From IMG/VR virus record IMGVR_UViG_3300023276_001086, positions 32,001-96,000 of that record: DNA of 64,000 bases; one strand, written 5' to 3'. Under the pieces are notes generated by a model. The model had not been told where the DNA came from, did not search any database, and saw only the letters and a program-made list of their open reading frames with translations. How positions within the stretch are numbered: the stretch's first letter is position 1; each line of letters opens with the position of its first letter. Source of the DNA: a virus. Positions 1-9,806 of this stretch are shown here, piece after piece. The position numbers and the translations under genes are program-made.

Positions 1-127
1 CACCGGGCAACGTCCCGACTGTCCTCTTCGCCTTCCGCTTCAGCGTATCGAGTAGAAGGCGCACCTTCTTCGGGTTCTTTGTGGCAATCTTCTCGAACTC
101 ATCGGCGAATGCAGAGAAGTCGATCAT
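1..127 (-). CDS. Partial basic protein with N-terminal leader MIDFSAFADEFEKIA (putative internal virion protein); runs off the window edge
   Basis: Read manually: ATG at 127 overlaps the TAA of the upstream gene (TAATG); open to position 2; leader paralogous to that of 127..648. Confidence 0.7.
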   Translation of the reverse strand, partial: MIDFSAFADEFEKIATKNPKKVRLLLDTLKRKAKRTVGTLPG

Positions 128-648
128 TAGGCTACTCGGCCCAAACGACTTTCGCCCTCTCGAGCAACACGACGCATCATGTCCCCCTGGTGCTCGCCGC
201 TGAATGCCCCTTCCGCAACCCGCGGCTTCTGCCGCTTGATGCTCTCAGTCGGGAAGTCCTTCGCCTGCTGACGGATCTTCTTGACCTCTGCGCGATGCCC
301 CTTCAATGCCGCCCGACGCTTGAGAGGGTGCCACTTTGAGATACCCTCGACGGCCTTCCTCTTCTCCCCCTGCATCTCAGCAATACGGCCGGGCTTCCGT
401 GTCGCAGTGCCGCCGGGCTTCATCGCCGTGGCAACATCCTTTGAGATGTCCTTCGCCCCCGCCCTGACATCGCCCACTGTGAGACTCGCGCCCCCGGGCT
501 TCCGAGCTCGCTCGAGCTCCTTCAGACCGGCCTGGAACTTCCGACCCTCGGGTGTAAGGCGTTTCCCCACTAGAGACTGTATAATTTTGGTCTGCCGGCG
601 CAGGGCAATCTTCACGAGCTCATCGGAGAACGCAGCGTAGTCAATCAC
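127..648 (-). CDS. Highly basic protein with leader MIDYAAFSDELVKIA (putative internal head protein)
   Basis: ORF 127..729; likely start GTG 648 (GTGA overlap with the stop of 645..1046); K/R-rich. Confidence 0.7.
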   Translation of the reverse strand: MIDYAAFSDELVKIALRRQTKIIQSLVGKRLTPEGRKFQAGLKELERARKPGGASLTVGDVRAGAKDISKDVATAMKPGGTATRKPGRIAEMQGEKRKAVEGISKWHPLKRRAALKGHRAEVKKIRQQAKDFPTESIKRQKPRVAEGAFSGEHQGDMMRRVAREGESRLGRVA

Positions 649-1046
649 GACTTCAACCTCTTCTGCTCCTTCGGGTCGAGGTCGAGCTCGATGTCGATGC
701 CCCGAGCTTCGGCCATCTTCTTCACCCACTTGACCATGACCATGGAGAGCAGACCAGCGATGCCGTAGACCAGAGCCAGCGTGAGCGAGCTCGACTCAAC
801 AAGCTGCGGAGGCCTGGGCACACCGGGGATCCATCCGAGTCCGAAGCCGATGAGGAACATGCTGGGGACCTTCACGGCCTCCATGAACTTGAGGAACTTG
901 CGGACGGGCTTGTTCTTGGTGTCCCAGAGGTATGGCCCAATGCCCCGCCACTTCCCGAGCCCGTTGAAGAAGGCCACGATAATGAAGACCACGCAGCTCA
1001 TCACGATGAACTGCCAACTCGATACGATCCCCCAGAGGTCGTCCAT
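645..1046 (-). CDS. Three-TM membrane protein, holin-like
   Basis: 133 aa, three hydrophobic segments, charged C-terminus, RBS AGGAG; follows tail genes. Confidence 0.55.
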   Translation of the reverse strand: MDDLWGIVSSWQFIVMSCVVFIIVAFFNGLGKWRGIGPYLWDTKNKPVRKFLKFMEAVKVPSMFLIGFGLGWIPGVPRPPQLVESSSLTLALVYGIAGLLSMVMVKWVKKMAEARGIDIELDLDPKEQKRLKS

Positions 1047-1054
1047 GATTTCTC

Positions 1055-3748
1055 CTACTTTGTCATCGTCGGTGCGTTTACGACGTCCAAATGGTTCAAT
1101 GCTGCCGTGATTCCGATAACGTTTGGAAGGATCACAGGCACGACGGGATTGTTCCCATCTGCCGAAACGACCCTATTTCCAATGGCAACGCCCGTGTTAC
1201 CGAAGCCTCCACCAGCAGACGCGGCGTTGAACCGAATGACCCCGTACTCGTTCGCACTACCGCCAGTAGTATCCAGGATGTCCCCGTTGATGCGAATAGT
1301 GCAGTTGAGGACCGATACCAACGCGGCACTGGTACCCTGCAAATCGAAGATATGATTGTCCCCGCTCTGGATGTCCCCATCCCAAATCACGGTGACGTTA
1401 TCGATGAGAACATGAACGACATAGTCGTGAAGCAAAATGGCGTTGAGGGGCCGGAAGCCTGTCGCTGGGCTGATGTAGATCCGACCGTTTCGAATAGTGT
1501 GGGACTCCGAGTCGACCGTCTCCCTGCACAAGATGGCCGTCTCCACGTCGACCCCACCAGAGTCGTTGTCCAGTACGATGTTGAAGTCCTCGAACACGAC
1601 GTCCTTGCCATCGAGAACGACAATCGCCTTGGACTGCACCCCGCCGGTCATAATCTCCGATGCGTTGCCAAAAGAGAAACCCCGAACGGTAGACTGTGTT
1701 CGCACTGCGAGCACACCACAAACCGGTCCAGGGGTGTCGTCTTCCAACAGGGCCGTCCCCGCCAAGCGGACGTCAACACCCTCCACGATGGTCCTACCCT
1801 CCGGAGCGTAGGGGTACGTGGCCTGCGTGTAGTCGCCGCCGAGCACAGAGATGATTCCGTAAGCGTAGGCAACCTTGATCGCCCTGACGCTGAAATAGAT
1901 GTTGAGCTGCGCTGAGATGTCGGTGATGCGCGACTGGCCGTCGATCTCGATGAGACCGTCCGCATACGCCCCGTAGGAGAAGGGGTCCATCCCGTTGGGT
2001 GTGTCGTAATGATGGACCGCAAAGCCGTTGATGTTGCACTTGGTCAGGCGTACCCAGGACTCATCCATGATGAGGTAGGGGCAGTCCACCCGGTCAAAGA
2101 TGACGTTACGCCCAGTGACACCTTGGAGCCGCATCACTGGGAAGGGGGTACCACCACCGGCCGCGGCCGTTGGCGGGTCGCTGGCGTCATCTGTGCCCTT
2201 GCTCCGCGCATCCTGGAAGAAGACGTTGTTGAGCATGAACCCGCTGTTGACGGCCGCAGTAGGAATGACCGCGGTCCCCTCGGGCTCACGCTGACCGTAG
2301 ATCTCAACGAAGAACACGTCGTACCAACCGGTTGCCGTGTTGATGACTCGGCAATTCTCGAGCACCACACCAAGCTGCTCGGGTGGATAGTTGGCATCGA
2401 TCAAGCTCAAGCTGCCGCGAAGCTCGCAGTTTGCAAACTTCACGTCCTCGAGCGCACCAGTAATGGTCAAACCCGTCGCGGCCCCAGTCTCGAAGTAGCA
2501 GTTGGTAAACGACAGCCTCGAGGACTTGCCGCCCAAAAAGCTCAGACAAGGGAACGCCGTCAGCCCAGAGCCGGGGGTCAACGGACGGACGTTCTCAAAC
2601 ACAACCTCAGAGCAGGCAGCGAAAGAGAACAGTGTGCCGGTCGTGATGTACTGCGCGTCGTAGCGCAAGTTGCGCACCGTGACGAGGAAGTCCGAACTCA
2701 TGGCTATGATGCTCGACGACCCGCCACTGGTCACGTCTTCGATGATGTTGCGCTGAGATGTCTGGATGCCCCACCCAACGGCAGTCACTCTCCGGAGGTA
2801 GGAGTTGGAGCTCATCACGATGGTGGCAGCCGTAGACGTGATGCCACTCTGCGGGTCGAGAGTCAGGTCCTCGAGCGAACTCCCGTTGTTGAGTTCGATG
2901 CGCCCGTTGGTGGACGAGGTGTCTACCTCAACGGTCGTGCTGGCCTGATCCTCCCCGACAACATGCACGCCGGCGAGTGTCAGAGTGTTCGTCGGTCCGT
3001 AGGCACCAGCTCGCAGATAGATCCGCTTCTCCCCCGCCGTGATGGCGTCGGAAAGGGCGGTCACACCGAAGTAGTCCGCCGGCCGGGCCGGTGACGTGGC
3101 GCCGGCGTCACAAATCGCGTAGCCGATCTTGCCGCTCTCGGCCGCACCTTCTTGAAGACCGCGGATGTCGGCTCGAATAAGCGCATCGTCTGGCAACGTA
3201 GCCAGCGTCGCGTCCCTGGCATAGGAGAACCGGTAGTTCCCCGTGGGCAGCGTCTTGTTCAGCCTCAGCGTGACCGCAGCTGCGGTGAACCCGGTACCCA
3301 CTGCGGCACCGGAGAAGACACTAGCGACCTTCACCTCGACCCCGTCGATCATCACCTCGTCATAATTCTCATCGAGGATCTGGAAGAGAGTATCGAAGTT
3401 CTCTGGGGTACCTGTGTAGTCCGTGTTGTTGCCCATGTACACGGAACCGACAGGAGAGAACGCCACTGCCAGACTGTGCGCGCCGCCAGCCGGGTCGATG
3501 ATGATATCCGTCCCTGCAAACCCGCTCAACACACCAACCTGTGTAATGGCGATGTCCGAGTCGAGCGGCAGCTTTATGTTGTCCATGTTCTCGGCGAGCG
3601 CGAGGTGTGGACGATTGGCTGCTGCGGTAGTCGCTTCTTCGGCCTGGCCGAGGAACTTGCAGCCCGCGTTCTTCCCGGGAGTGACCGTGGCGAGCGCGTC
3701 GCAGGTATCCTGGAGCGTCGCAGCGTCGATGTAGTCTCCGTAAGCCAT
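1055..3748 (-). CDS. Tail spike/fibre with right-handed beta-helix (pectin-lyase-like) region
   Basis: 897 aa; AI..G..RIYLRAGAY entry motif followed by repetitive beta-strand coils (e.g. LSFTNCYF, VKFANCEL, VVLENCRV). Confidence 0.7.
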   Translation of the reverse strand: MAYGDYIDAATLQDTCDALATVTPGKNAGCKFLGQAEEATTAAANRPHLALAENMDNIKLPLDSDIAITQVGVLSGFAGTDIIIDPAGGAHSLAVAFSPVGSVYMGNNTDYTGTPENFDTLFQILDENYDEVMIDGVEVKVASVFSGAAVGTGFTAAAVTLRLNKTLPTGNYRFSYARDATLATLPDDALIRADIRGLQEGAAESGKIGYAICDAGATSPARPADYFGVTALSDAITAGEKRIYLRAGAYGPTNTLTLAGVHVVGEDQASTTVEVDTSSTNGRIELNNGSSLEDLTLDPQSGITSTAATIVMSSNSYLRRVTAVGWGIQTSQRNIIEDVTSGGSSSIIAMSSDFLVTVRNLRYDAQYITTGTLFSFAACSEVVFENVRPLTPGSGLTAFPCLSFLGGKSSRLSFTNCYFETGAATGLTITGALEDVKFANCELRGSLSLIDANYPPEQLGVVLENCRVINTATGWYDVFFVEIYGQREPEGTAVIPTAAVNSGFMLNNVFFQDARSKGTDDASDPPTAAAGGGTPFPVMRLQGVTGRNVIFDRVDCPYLIMDESWVRLTKCNINGFAVHHYDTPNGMDPFSYGAYADGLIEIDGQSRITDISAQLNIYFSVRAIKVAYAYGIISVLGGDYTQATYPYAPEGRTIVEGVDVRLAGTALLEDDTPGPVCGVLAVRTQSTVRGFSFGNASEIMTGGVQSKAIVVLDGKDVVFEDFNIVLDNDSGGVDVETAILCRETVDSESHTIRNGRIYISPATGFRPLNAILLHDYVVHVLIDNVTVIWDGDIQSGDNHIFDLQGTSAALVSVLNCTIRINGDILDTTGGSANEYGVIRFNAASAGGGFGNTGVAIGNRVVSADGNNPVVPVILPNVIGITAALNHLDVVNAPTMTK

Positions 3749-3756
3749 GCTGTCTC

Positions 3757-4509
3757 CTACGAGAACCTCAGCTCCCAGTCCACTTGAAGGACGAAGGCTG
3801 ACGTCTTGCTGAGGGTGTCGAACGTGTTGTAGGCCACCATGTACTTCGTGAGCGGGAGCGCTCCATAAACGATGGGCGGATCCGTCAAATTCGGCAGGCC
3901 CGATGTGAACAAACCAATCTCAGACAACGGCACGCTGGTGAAGCCGGCGAAGCTCACCTCGCCCACACCAAGTACCGACGTGAGTCGGATAACCCCGATC
4001 TCGGGGAAGGTGTTCGGCGCCGAGATGTCGTCGTAGTAATCCGTGGCGTTGACCAGAACCGGCCATTCCAGACCCAGCACCGTTGGGTTGGTATCTTCTT
4101 GCACGGGATCGGCCACCGGGGCACTGCCACCCCAATCCCCAGCGTAGCCCGGGTAGGTTGTGAAAATGGTGGCCGGGAGGATGAGCTGACTGCGCCCGCC
4201 GATGCCGAACGCCATGTAGCGAAGACGATCCTCACGGAAGGTCGCGTCAGGAGCGATAGCGGAGAGGCCCACCAAGTGGGCAATCCAGTCACGACCGTAG
4301 TTCAGGAAGATGTTGTGGCTCTCACGCTCCTCGACAACCTCATTGCTGTCGGGATCGATCATCTTCAGGAAGACGTTGGACTCCACCTGAATTGGCGGAG
4401 CCCCGCCGCCGCCACTGCGGGATTCACCCCCGCCACCACCGGGACGGATAGTCCGAAGACGGACCTGCTCCTGCACCCTGATGTCTTCCTTGAACTTCTT
4501 ATTGATCAT
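3757..4509 (-). CDS. Baseplate/tail-fibre attachment (tail-collar-like) protein
   Basis: HNIFLNYGR, YMAFGIG, LSEIGLF, YNTFDTLSKT..LQVDWELRF motifs typical of phage tail-collar/wedge proteins. Confidence 0.65.
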   Translation of the reverse strand: MINKKFKEDIRVQEQVRLRTIRPGGGGGESRSGGGGAPPIQVESNVFLKMIDPDSNEVVEERESHNIFLNYGRDWIAHLVGLSAIAPDATFREDRLRYMAFGIGGRSQLILPATIFTTYPGYAGDWGGSAPVADPVQEDTNPTVLGLEWPVLVNATDYYDDISAPNTFPEIGVIRLTSVLGVGEVSFAGFTSVPLSEIGLFTSGLPNLTDPPIVYGALPLTKYMVAYNTFDTLSKTSAFVLQVDWELRFS

Positions 4510-5078
4510 TGCTGCCCCGAGTGCTTCTTACTGGTAGTGGACCGAGTATACCAGCCTGCCGGGAGATCTACATCGAAACGCCAGCTTGTGGTGGGCGTAG
4601 CCACTGCACCGTAGCCTGCGTCTGCCACATTGGTGGCCCAGGTGAGCGCCTCTGTCGTGTTCACAGCGTCTGGGTTGTGATACTCGAGCTGCGTCGCGCT
4701 GATATACCCAGTGACAATGAACTGCCCGTTGTTGAGCGGGTTGGCTGCCGCAGAGATAGTGATGGTGCCGCCGACCATGTTGGCCACAAAGAGACCCGCC
4801 ACATCCGTGATCGTAGCCGGCGTGCCTGCCACGATGACTCCTGCTGCCGGGGAGTTCGTCGCCTTGGTTCCCGTGGAAACACCGCCGTCGTAGCCGTTGG
4901 CATCTTTCCAGGTCTCCACAGCGTTGCCCTTGTCCGGCCCGTCCCACACCTCACTGGTGGTCGGGTTGCTCCAGCTGGCAGGAGGGGCATCAACAGCAGG
5001 ACCGGCCAGCCTCTCCCTGTCTGGAGCGCTGGCGGCGTCGAAGCAGAACCCTGAGTCGTACTTAGGGAATCCCATCAT
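4506..5078 (-). CDS. Virion structural protein carrying the shared NNGxF beta module
   Basis: 190 aa; ATGA-coupled on both sides; module also found in 6961..9621 and 10667..13168. Confidence 0.65.
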   Translation of the reverse strand: MMGFPKYDSGFCFDAASAPDRERLAGPAVDAPPASWSNPTTSEVWDGPDKGNAVETWKDANGYDGGVSTGTKATNSPAAGVIVAGTPATITDVAGLFVANMVGGTITISAAANPLNNGQFIVTGYISATQLEYHNPDAVNTTEALTWATNVADAGYGAVATPTTSWRFDVDLPAGWYTRSTTSKKHSGQQ

Positions 5079-6964
5079 GGCACCGGTATGGCGAGCTGGA
5101 ATACGAGGTCCTCGTCGGGAAGCCCTCCCGGTGTGAACCCTCCAGTGCGCCCCCTGATCGCCCTATCATACCCCCACTGACTCCAGGGCATCTCCTTTTC
5201 GTAGACACCAGTCTCTTCCCAAGCATCCGACCCAGCTGCACCGAGATAGAACTCGCCGCCGCCGGGGCCAGTGAGGGCCTGAAGTGTTACGTAGTTGACG
5301 GCGAACGCGCTGACCTCCCAGGCATGCAGCCTGAGCTGGTGCCACGTGAGCTGGTTGGTGTGGTGCCGCCACTCGGCCAGCACAGTCTGCGGGTTGTCCT
5401 GGTCGAGCAGCCTGAAGTGCGCCTGGCCGCTGACGAGGTAGACCCAGATGTTCACGCCGACCTGGAACCCCTCGGTGAGCGCCGTGAGAGATGCCTGCTG
5501 AACACCCACACCGTTCATGGCATCCACGACGTACAAGCTCTGTGCGCTGCCGTGGACCGGAGACCCGACCTTGGTGGGGGTGGTGGCCCCGACCGTGACC
5601 CAAGGGAGTACGGTGACGTCCTCGAAATCGCCATCGAGCAGGAGGTTCGACGCCAAGAGATGGGCGTCCCACCGATGAATGACGTGCCCGCTCTCATCGG
5701 TGTCATCAAAACGGAAGGAGCCCTCGCTGATGGTGGCGGGACGCGTGCCGGGCGTGCCGCTTGGCCACTCGGTGTCGCTCTCGGATGGAGCCTTGCCGGG
5801 CACGTCCGCCAGCCGAAGACCGCCAAACGGAAGACCGAGATTCTCCGGTACCGGCGGATCCGTCACGTATGTTGTCGGGTCCTCTGGATCGTAGGCAGTC
5901 ACCGCCGCTCGAGGCACCTCATGCGGGGAATCGGCGTAGCCAATCGGGACGGCGTATGCCGGCCAATCATCCGGGTAGGAGTAGGCAGCGTCTGGTACAG
6001 CGGGGCCGAGCAACACGGGGTCGTCGATACCAATCGTCAGCGAGATGCTCTTGAGCACCACGAAAAATGGATCCGTGTGGATTGGTTTGTACCGGCGGAG
6101 GTACTGAGAGAGGAACAGGACGTTGACCAAGTCGAAGATGTCAGCGTCGATTACGACGCCAAAAGTGTGGAGCTTGTGGGGCTCGTAGATATCTCCCGAC
6201 CCCACGAAGGTCCCAAGCCACTCCGGCTCCTCGACGTAGTCGGTGATGACTACGCCCTCGCACAAGGGAGCGAACTGCTCCACTGAGTCCCCGAGACCGT
6301 AGGACACCCCCGTCGCCGGATTGATTTCAACGGCGAGAGACGATGGGAACAAGTACGACCTGACCTCTGACCGATTGTCCTCACCCTGAATGAGTATACG
6401 GTTCCTGGAACCGTCGAACGGGCTGTCGATGCCGATGATGTTCCCACGCTCTTCAGCAAAAGGCAGACCCAAAATGATCTGACTGCTGACGCGGGTCTTG
6501 AATACCGTGCGACCATCCCACACGTAGCTCCACAGTCCTCGCACCGCCGAAAGGTAATCGAGATTGTCTGTCCGCTCCGCGAGGTCGTCGAGCGTAAACC
6601 CGATTAGCCTACCGAAGTTCGACTCAACAGCAGGCCTGTTGTCCAGGTAGGTGATCTCCGCCCACAGCTGATCTGGCGGGTTATCTACGCTACGTATCCA
6701 CCAACGCTGCCCCAGGAGACTGAGCTCGAGAGCAGGATCGAAAAGCTCAACCTGCGTCGCAGAGATGACCTGAAACAGCCGAAAACGCCGACCATCCAAG
6801 AGCTCGAGGAAGTACCCGCGTAGGTCGGCGTCAGCACCGAACTGTGCCTCAAAGTCGGCTGAAGCATCGAAAAAATACTCGTGGTTGGTTGCGTTGGTGT
6901 AACCGGCAAAGCCCCGCATGGCCTGTGCGAACCAAGCGTTGATCATCTGAATGGTGTTGATCAC
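5075..6964 (-). CDS. Baseplate wedge-like protein with C-terminal carbohydrate-binding-like domain (possibly the C-terminal half of 6961..9621)
   Basis: 629 aa; LWAE..NFG..LGLPFAE, YKPIHT wedge-like motifs; NLLLDGDFE..W start resembles CBM4/9 domains. Confidence 0.6.
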   Translation of the reverse strand: MINTIQMINAWFAQAMRGFAGYTNATNHEYFFDASADFEAQFGADADLRGYFLELLDGRRFRLFQVISATQVELFDPALELSLLGQRWWIRSVDNPPDQLWAEITYLDNRPAVESNFGRLIGFTLDDLAERTDNLDYLSAVRGLWSYVWDGRTVFKTRVSSQIILGLPFAEERGNIIGIDSPFDGSRNRILIQGEDNRSEVRSYLFPSSLAVEINPATGVSYGLGDSVEQFAPLCEGVVITDYVEEPEWLGTFVGSGDIYEPHKLHTFGVVIDADIFDLVNVLFLSQYLRRYKPIHTDPFFVVLKSISLTIGIDDPVLLGPAVPDAAYSYPDDWPAYAVPIGYADSPHEVPRAAVTAYDPEDPTTYVTDPPVPENLGLPFGGLRLADVPGKAPSESDTEWPSGTPGTRPATISEGSFRFDDTDESGHVIHRWDAHLLASNLLLDGDFEDVTVLPWVTVGATTPTKVGSPVHGSAQSLYVVDAMNGVGVQQASLTALTEGFQVGVNIWVYLVSGQAHFRLLDQDNPQTVLAEWRHHTNQLTWHQLRLHAWEVSAFAVNYVTLQALTGPGGGEFYLGAAGSDAWEETGVYEKEMPWSQWGYDRAIRGRTGGFTPGGLPDEDLVFQLAIPVP

Positions 6965-9621
6965 ACATCCTCCACAGTCGACACCTGCTCCACGCGGAAG
7001 TCGTTACCCTCGATGAGCGGACTGGGCACTCCTGGAACGGGAACCCCATCCTTGTCTATGAGTCGAACAGCTTCCTGCAACCTAGGGATGTTCTGTACCA
7101 CATCATCAACAGCGATGGCCGTGCGACGTAACACACCCTTGAATCGGACCGTGTAGGTGTCGCTGGCCAAGTACGCTGACATTATTGATGTCGCGTCGTC
7201 GAACACCAGTACCTTACCCCGGACCCCGAAGATGGCGGCTGGAATCTCGATGACACCCCCCTCTTCCGTGCGGACCTCAAAGACAGCTGAGTCGTGGGCA
7301 GACGCCCCGATGAGGGTGAAGTTCGTGTCTCTGGACAGCACGGTTGGTCGGAGCATCCAGTAGCCGGGCCGGTTTGTCAGCGGCAAGGCGTGCGACGTGA
7401 TGAAGGTAGCTCCCTCAATCCGTGTCACACGGTAAGCAATTCCCTCGAGGACGAGGTAGTGCCCAGGAAGCGCGTCCCCAGGCATGTCCGAAGCCGTGTA
7501 GGTAAATGCCTCGGTCACGAGCACGGCATTGACGTTCTCGTATTCAATCTGAATATCACTGTTCACCGCCGTAATGACGAAGGAACCATTGTTGTCTGGG
7601 TCCGTGGCGTCGGCGATAGTAATTTCTTGGCCCACCAAACTGGAAGCAAAGGCGCCAGCCGCGTGGTCGAGGGTAGCCGTACCCACCACAGGTGAGTCCG
7701 GAGTAATGGTGTCCCCAGTCCCCGAGAAGCTATTCAAGACGTAGGCATACTCCGGGTCCACTGCCAGGTCACCGACCACGGCCACAGGAGTGGGGGCGTC
7801 TGCGAATCCCGCTGCGTTGACCGCGTTCTCGATAGTGGCGGGGAGCTCCTCGTAGTTAGGCTCCTCGTACCACGGATCGAAGTCGAGCCAACGACGCTGA
7901 AGAGTGCGCTGAATATCCAGTAGGCTCTTCGAGTAGGACGCCTGCCACAACTTCATGAGCTCGTCGGTAGAACCCTGCGCCGCCCCCGACCAGAAGGTGT
8001 CAACCTTGTCCTTGTCATCTACGATGCCCCACACGTCGGGGAGGTAGTTCCAGATGAAGCTGAGGTCCGGAGTGAGCCCCAGCGGGACGTTGGTCTGGTA
8101 GATGTTGAGCAGAGCCACCGCAGGCAGGCTGTCCCGCACGCCATCGTTGACCACGAGCTGCACGGTGTAGAGGCCGAGAACGTCTCCGAGGTAGGACCCG
8201 ACCTGGCTTGTCCGGCCTTCCCAGAGGTCGAGCTCCCACACCTTCGGGTCCGACAGCCGCCAAATCTTGCTGCCAGCCGTCCGGTAGCCGTCGAGCTCGG
8301 CCACAACGAAGACCATGAGGCCGGCGTCCAGGGTCTCAAATGTCCAGGCCGCACCGCCCCATGTGGCAATCTGGCCCTCGTGCGTGGCGAAGTCGTTGAG
8401 CGCCGTGGGGATGACCAGGTACTTGTCCCCGACCGACGGGCCCACAATCGTGGAGCTGTTCGCGTGGCGGTCGATGACGTCAATCATAGTCGTTCCGGTC
8501 AGCCGTGTGCCGCCCCAACCGGACTGGACGACTATCTCCCACTCTGCACTCGCAGAGCCCGCCACCATGGCATCACGATTCAGCGCGATCCAGCTACCGT
8601 CGTCTGCCACGCGCATGATGATGGAGTCGAGGGGCAGGTCCCCAATGAGAAGGTCCCCCTCGAGCGCTCCTGTGAACGTGCCGGCGACTCCGGTGATGAT
8701 GTTGGTGTACCCGGTTGCGTCCGCCGGAGTAGTGCCGGTACCGGTGAGCTTCGCCCCCGAAGCATCTGGAAGGTCAGTGGTGGTCCAGACGTGAGTGAGC
8801 GGCGCTGCCGGCGTGTCCGGGTCGTAGCTGTCCCGACCATCGAAGTAACCGTACTGAGTGATCACACGAGCCTGGTCAGGCCCGATGATCGCCACCGGCC
8901 TCTGGTTGCCCAGAACGAGGCTCGAGCTCAAGCGAATGCAGTCCAGGCAGATCTGCGTCGTGTCGGCACCCGCCTGACCAACGACCTCCACCCGAACGTT
9001 GTCTACCTCAATCGCCGGCGTATCCAGCGGCTCAAAGGTGTAGCGGAGCTCCATGACGCCAGTGGCGTCGTAGACGTCCTTGCGGGTCACGTAGAGGTTG
9101 GCCCTGTTGTTGGCCTCGTCGACCGTCACCCTGACAATGTAGTAGTCCGCGCCCTCTGAGAAGATGTCTGCCGAATCGGGGAAGACCGAAGAGACCGTCA
9201 CCCCGTCAGTCGAGAGAGCGAAGCCGCCCTCCTCTGACATCAGGAGCCCGGCGCACTTGCCGAACTGGTTGAAGGCCCCGACGAAAAACCGCTTGTCGAC
9301 CGGGCTCGAGAAGTCCTCGGGCAGCGCCGTTGGGAGGAAGCTGAACTGGATGGAGAACTCCGAATGCGGAACCTCGTAGTCAAAACGAAAGCCGGAGTCC
9401 ATGCCATCGTTACTCATCATGCAGTAGTCGTTCGCCCCGCTGAACCAGGTGTAGATGCCGCCAGAGCGCGCCACCGTGACACCGGACCACGACAAGATGG
9501 TGAGCATCGTAACGTCGCTGGGCTCGCAGAAGTCGAAGATGTCCCACGGGTCCGACGTGGGGAACGACATGGCCCCGTAGAAGACCGTGCCGTACAGAAA
9601 GGTTCCGTAAACCGCCATCAT
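6961..9621 (-). CDS. Large baseplate/tail structural protein (PKD/Ig-like and DUF2793-like segments)
   Basis: 886 aa; NQRPVA..GPDQ..FDGRDSYDPD and YTVQLVVNDG PKD-like motifs; YLV..FATHEGQIATW..WTF DUF2793-like. Confidence 0.65.
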   Translation of the reverse strand: MMAVYGTFLYGTVFYGAMSFPTSDPWDIFDFCEPSDVTMLTILSWSGVTVARSGGIYTWFSGANDYCMMSNDGMDSGFRFDYEVPHSEFSIQFSFLPTALPEDFSSPVDKRFFVGAFNQFGKCAGLLMSEEGGFALSTDGVTVSSVFPDSADIFSEGADYYIVRVTVDEANNRANLYVTRKDVYDATGVMELRYTFEPLDTPAIEVDNVRVEVVGQAGADTTQICLDCIRLSSSLVLGNQRPVAIIGPDQARVITQYGYFDGRDSYDPDTPAAPLTHVWTTTDLPDASGAKLTGTGTTPADATGYTNIITGVAGTFTGALEGDLLIGDLPLDSIIMRVADDGSWIALNRDAMVAGSASAEWEIVVQSGWGGTRLTGTTMIDVIDRHANSSTIVGPSVGDKYLVIPTALNDFATHEGQIATWGGAAWTFETLDAGLMVFVVAELDGYRTAGSKIWRLSDPKVWELDLWEGRTSQVGSYLGDVLGLYTVQLVVNDGVRDSLPAVALLNIYQTNVPLGLTPDLSFIWNYLPDVWGIVDDKDKVDTFWSGAAQGSTDELMKLWQASYSKSLLDIQRTLQRRWLDFDPWYEEPNYEELPATIENAVNAAGFADAPTPVAVVGDLAVDPEYAYVLNSFSGTGDTITPDSPVVGTATLDHAAGAFASSLVGQEITIADATDPDNNGSFVITAVNSDIQIEYENVNAVLVTEAFTYTASDMPGDALPGHYLVLEGIAYRVTRIEGATFITSHALPLTNRPGYWMLRPTVLSRDTNFTLIGASAHDSAVFEVRTEEGGVIEIPAAIFGVRGKVLVFDDATSIMSAYLASDTYTVRFKGVLRRTAIAVDDVVQNIPRLQEAVRLIDKDGVPVPGVPSPLIEGNDFRVEQVSTVEDV

Positions 9622-9632
9622 TCACCCGCTAG

Positions 9633-9797
9633 CTATGCACTGTATCGTAGGGCGTATTGACCGCGTTGGATAGAGTCCCGGTCACCTACCAGCAGACGAG
9701 TTCCAACCGCGGGGCCCGCTGCCGCGTTGGGAAGCACCGCAGCACTAGCATAAGAGCCCCAAAACGGGTGCGAGCCTATTATTCCTCTGTCGCCCAT
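9633..9797 (-). CDS. Small 54-aa protein missed by the ORF track (MGDRGIIGSHPFWGSYASAAVLPNAAAG...)
   Basis: Manual translation; GGAGG 5 nt before ATG; fills the gap between flanking genes. Confidence 0.5.
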   Translation of the reverse strand: MGDRGIIGSHPFWGSYASAAVLPNAAAGPAVGTRLLVGDRDSIQRGQYALRYSA

Positions 9798-9806
9798 CAG
9801 ACCCTC

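Noticed and set aside
9628-9749. Structured RNA switch (CCGCGTTGG twice, CCAACCGCGG once)
   Set aside because: The interval is fully explained by a 54-codon ORF with a good RBS; short GC-rich pairings are expected by chance.
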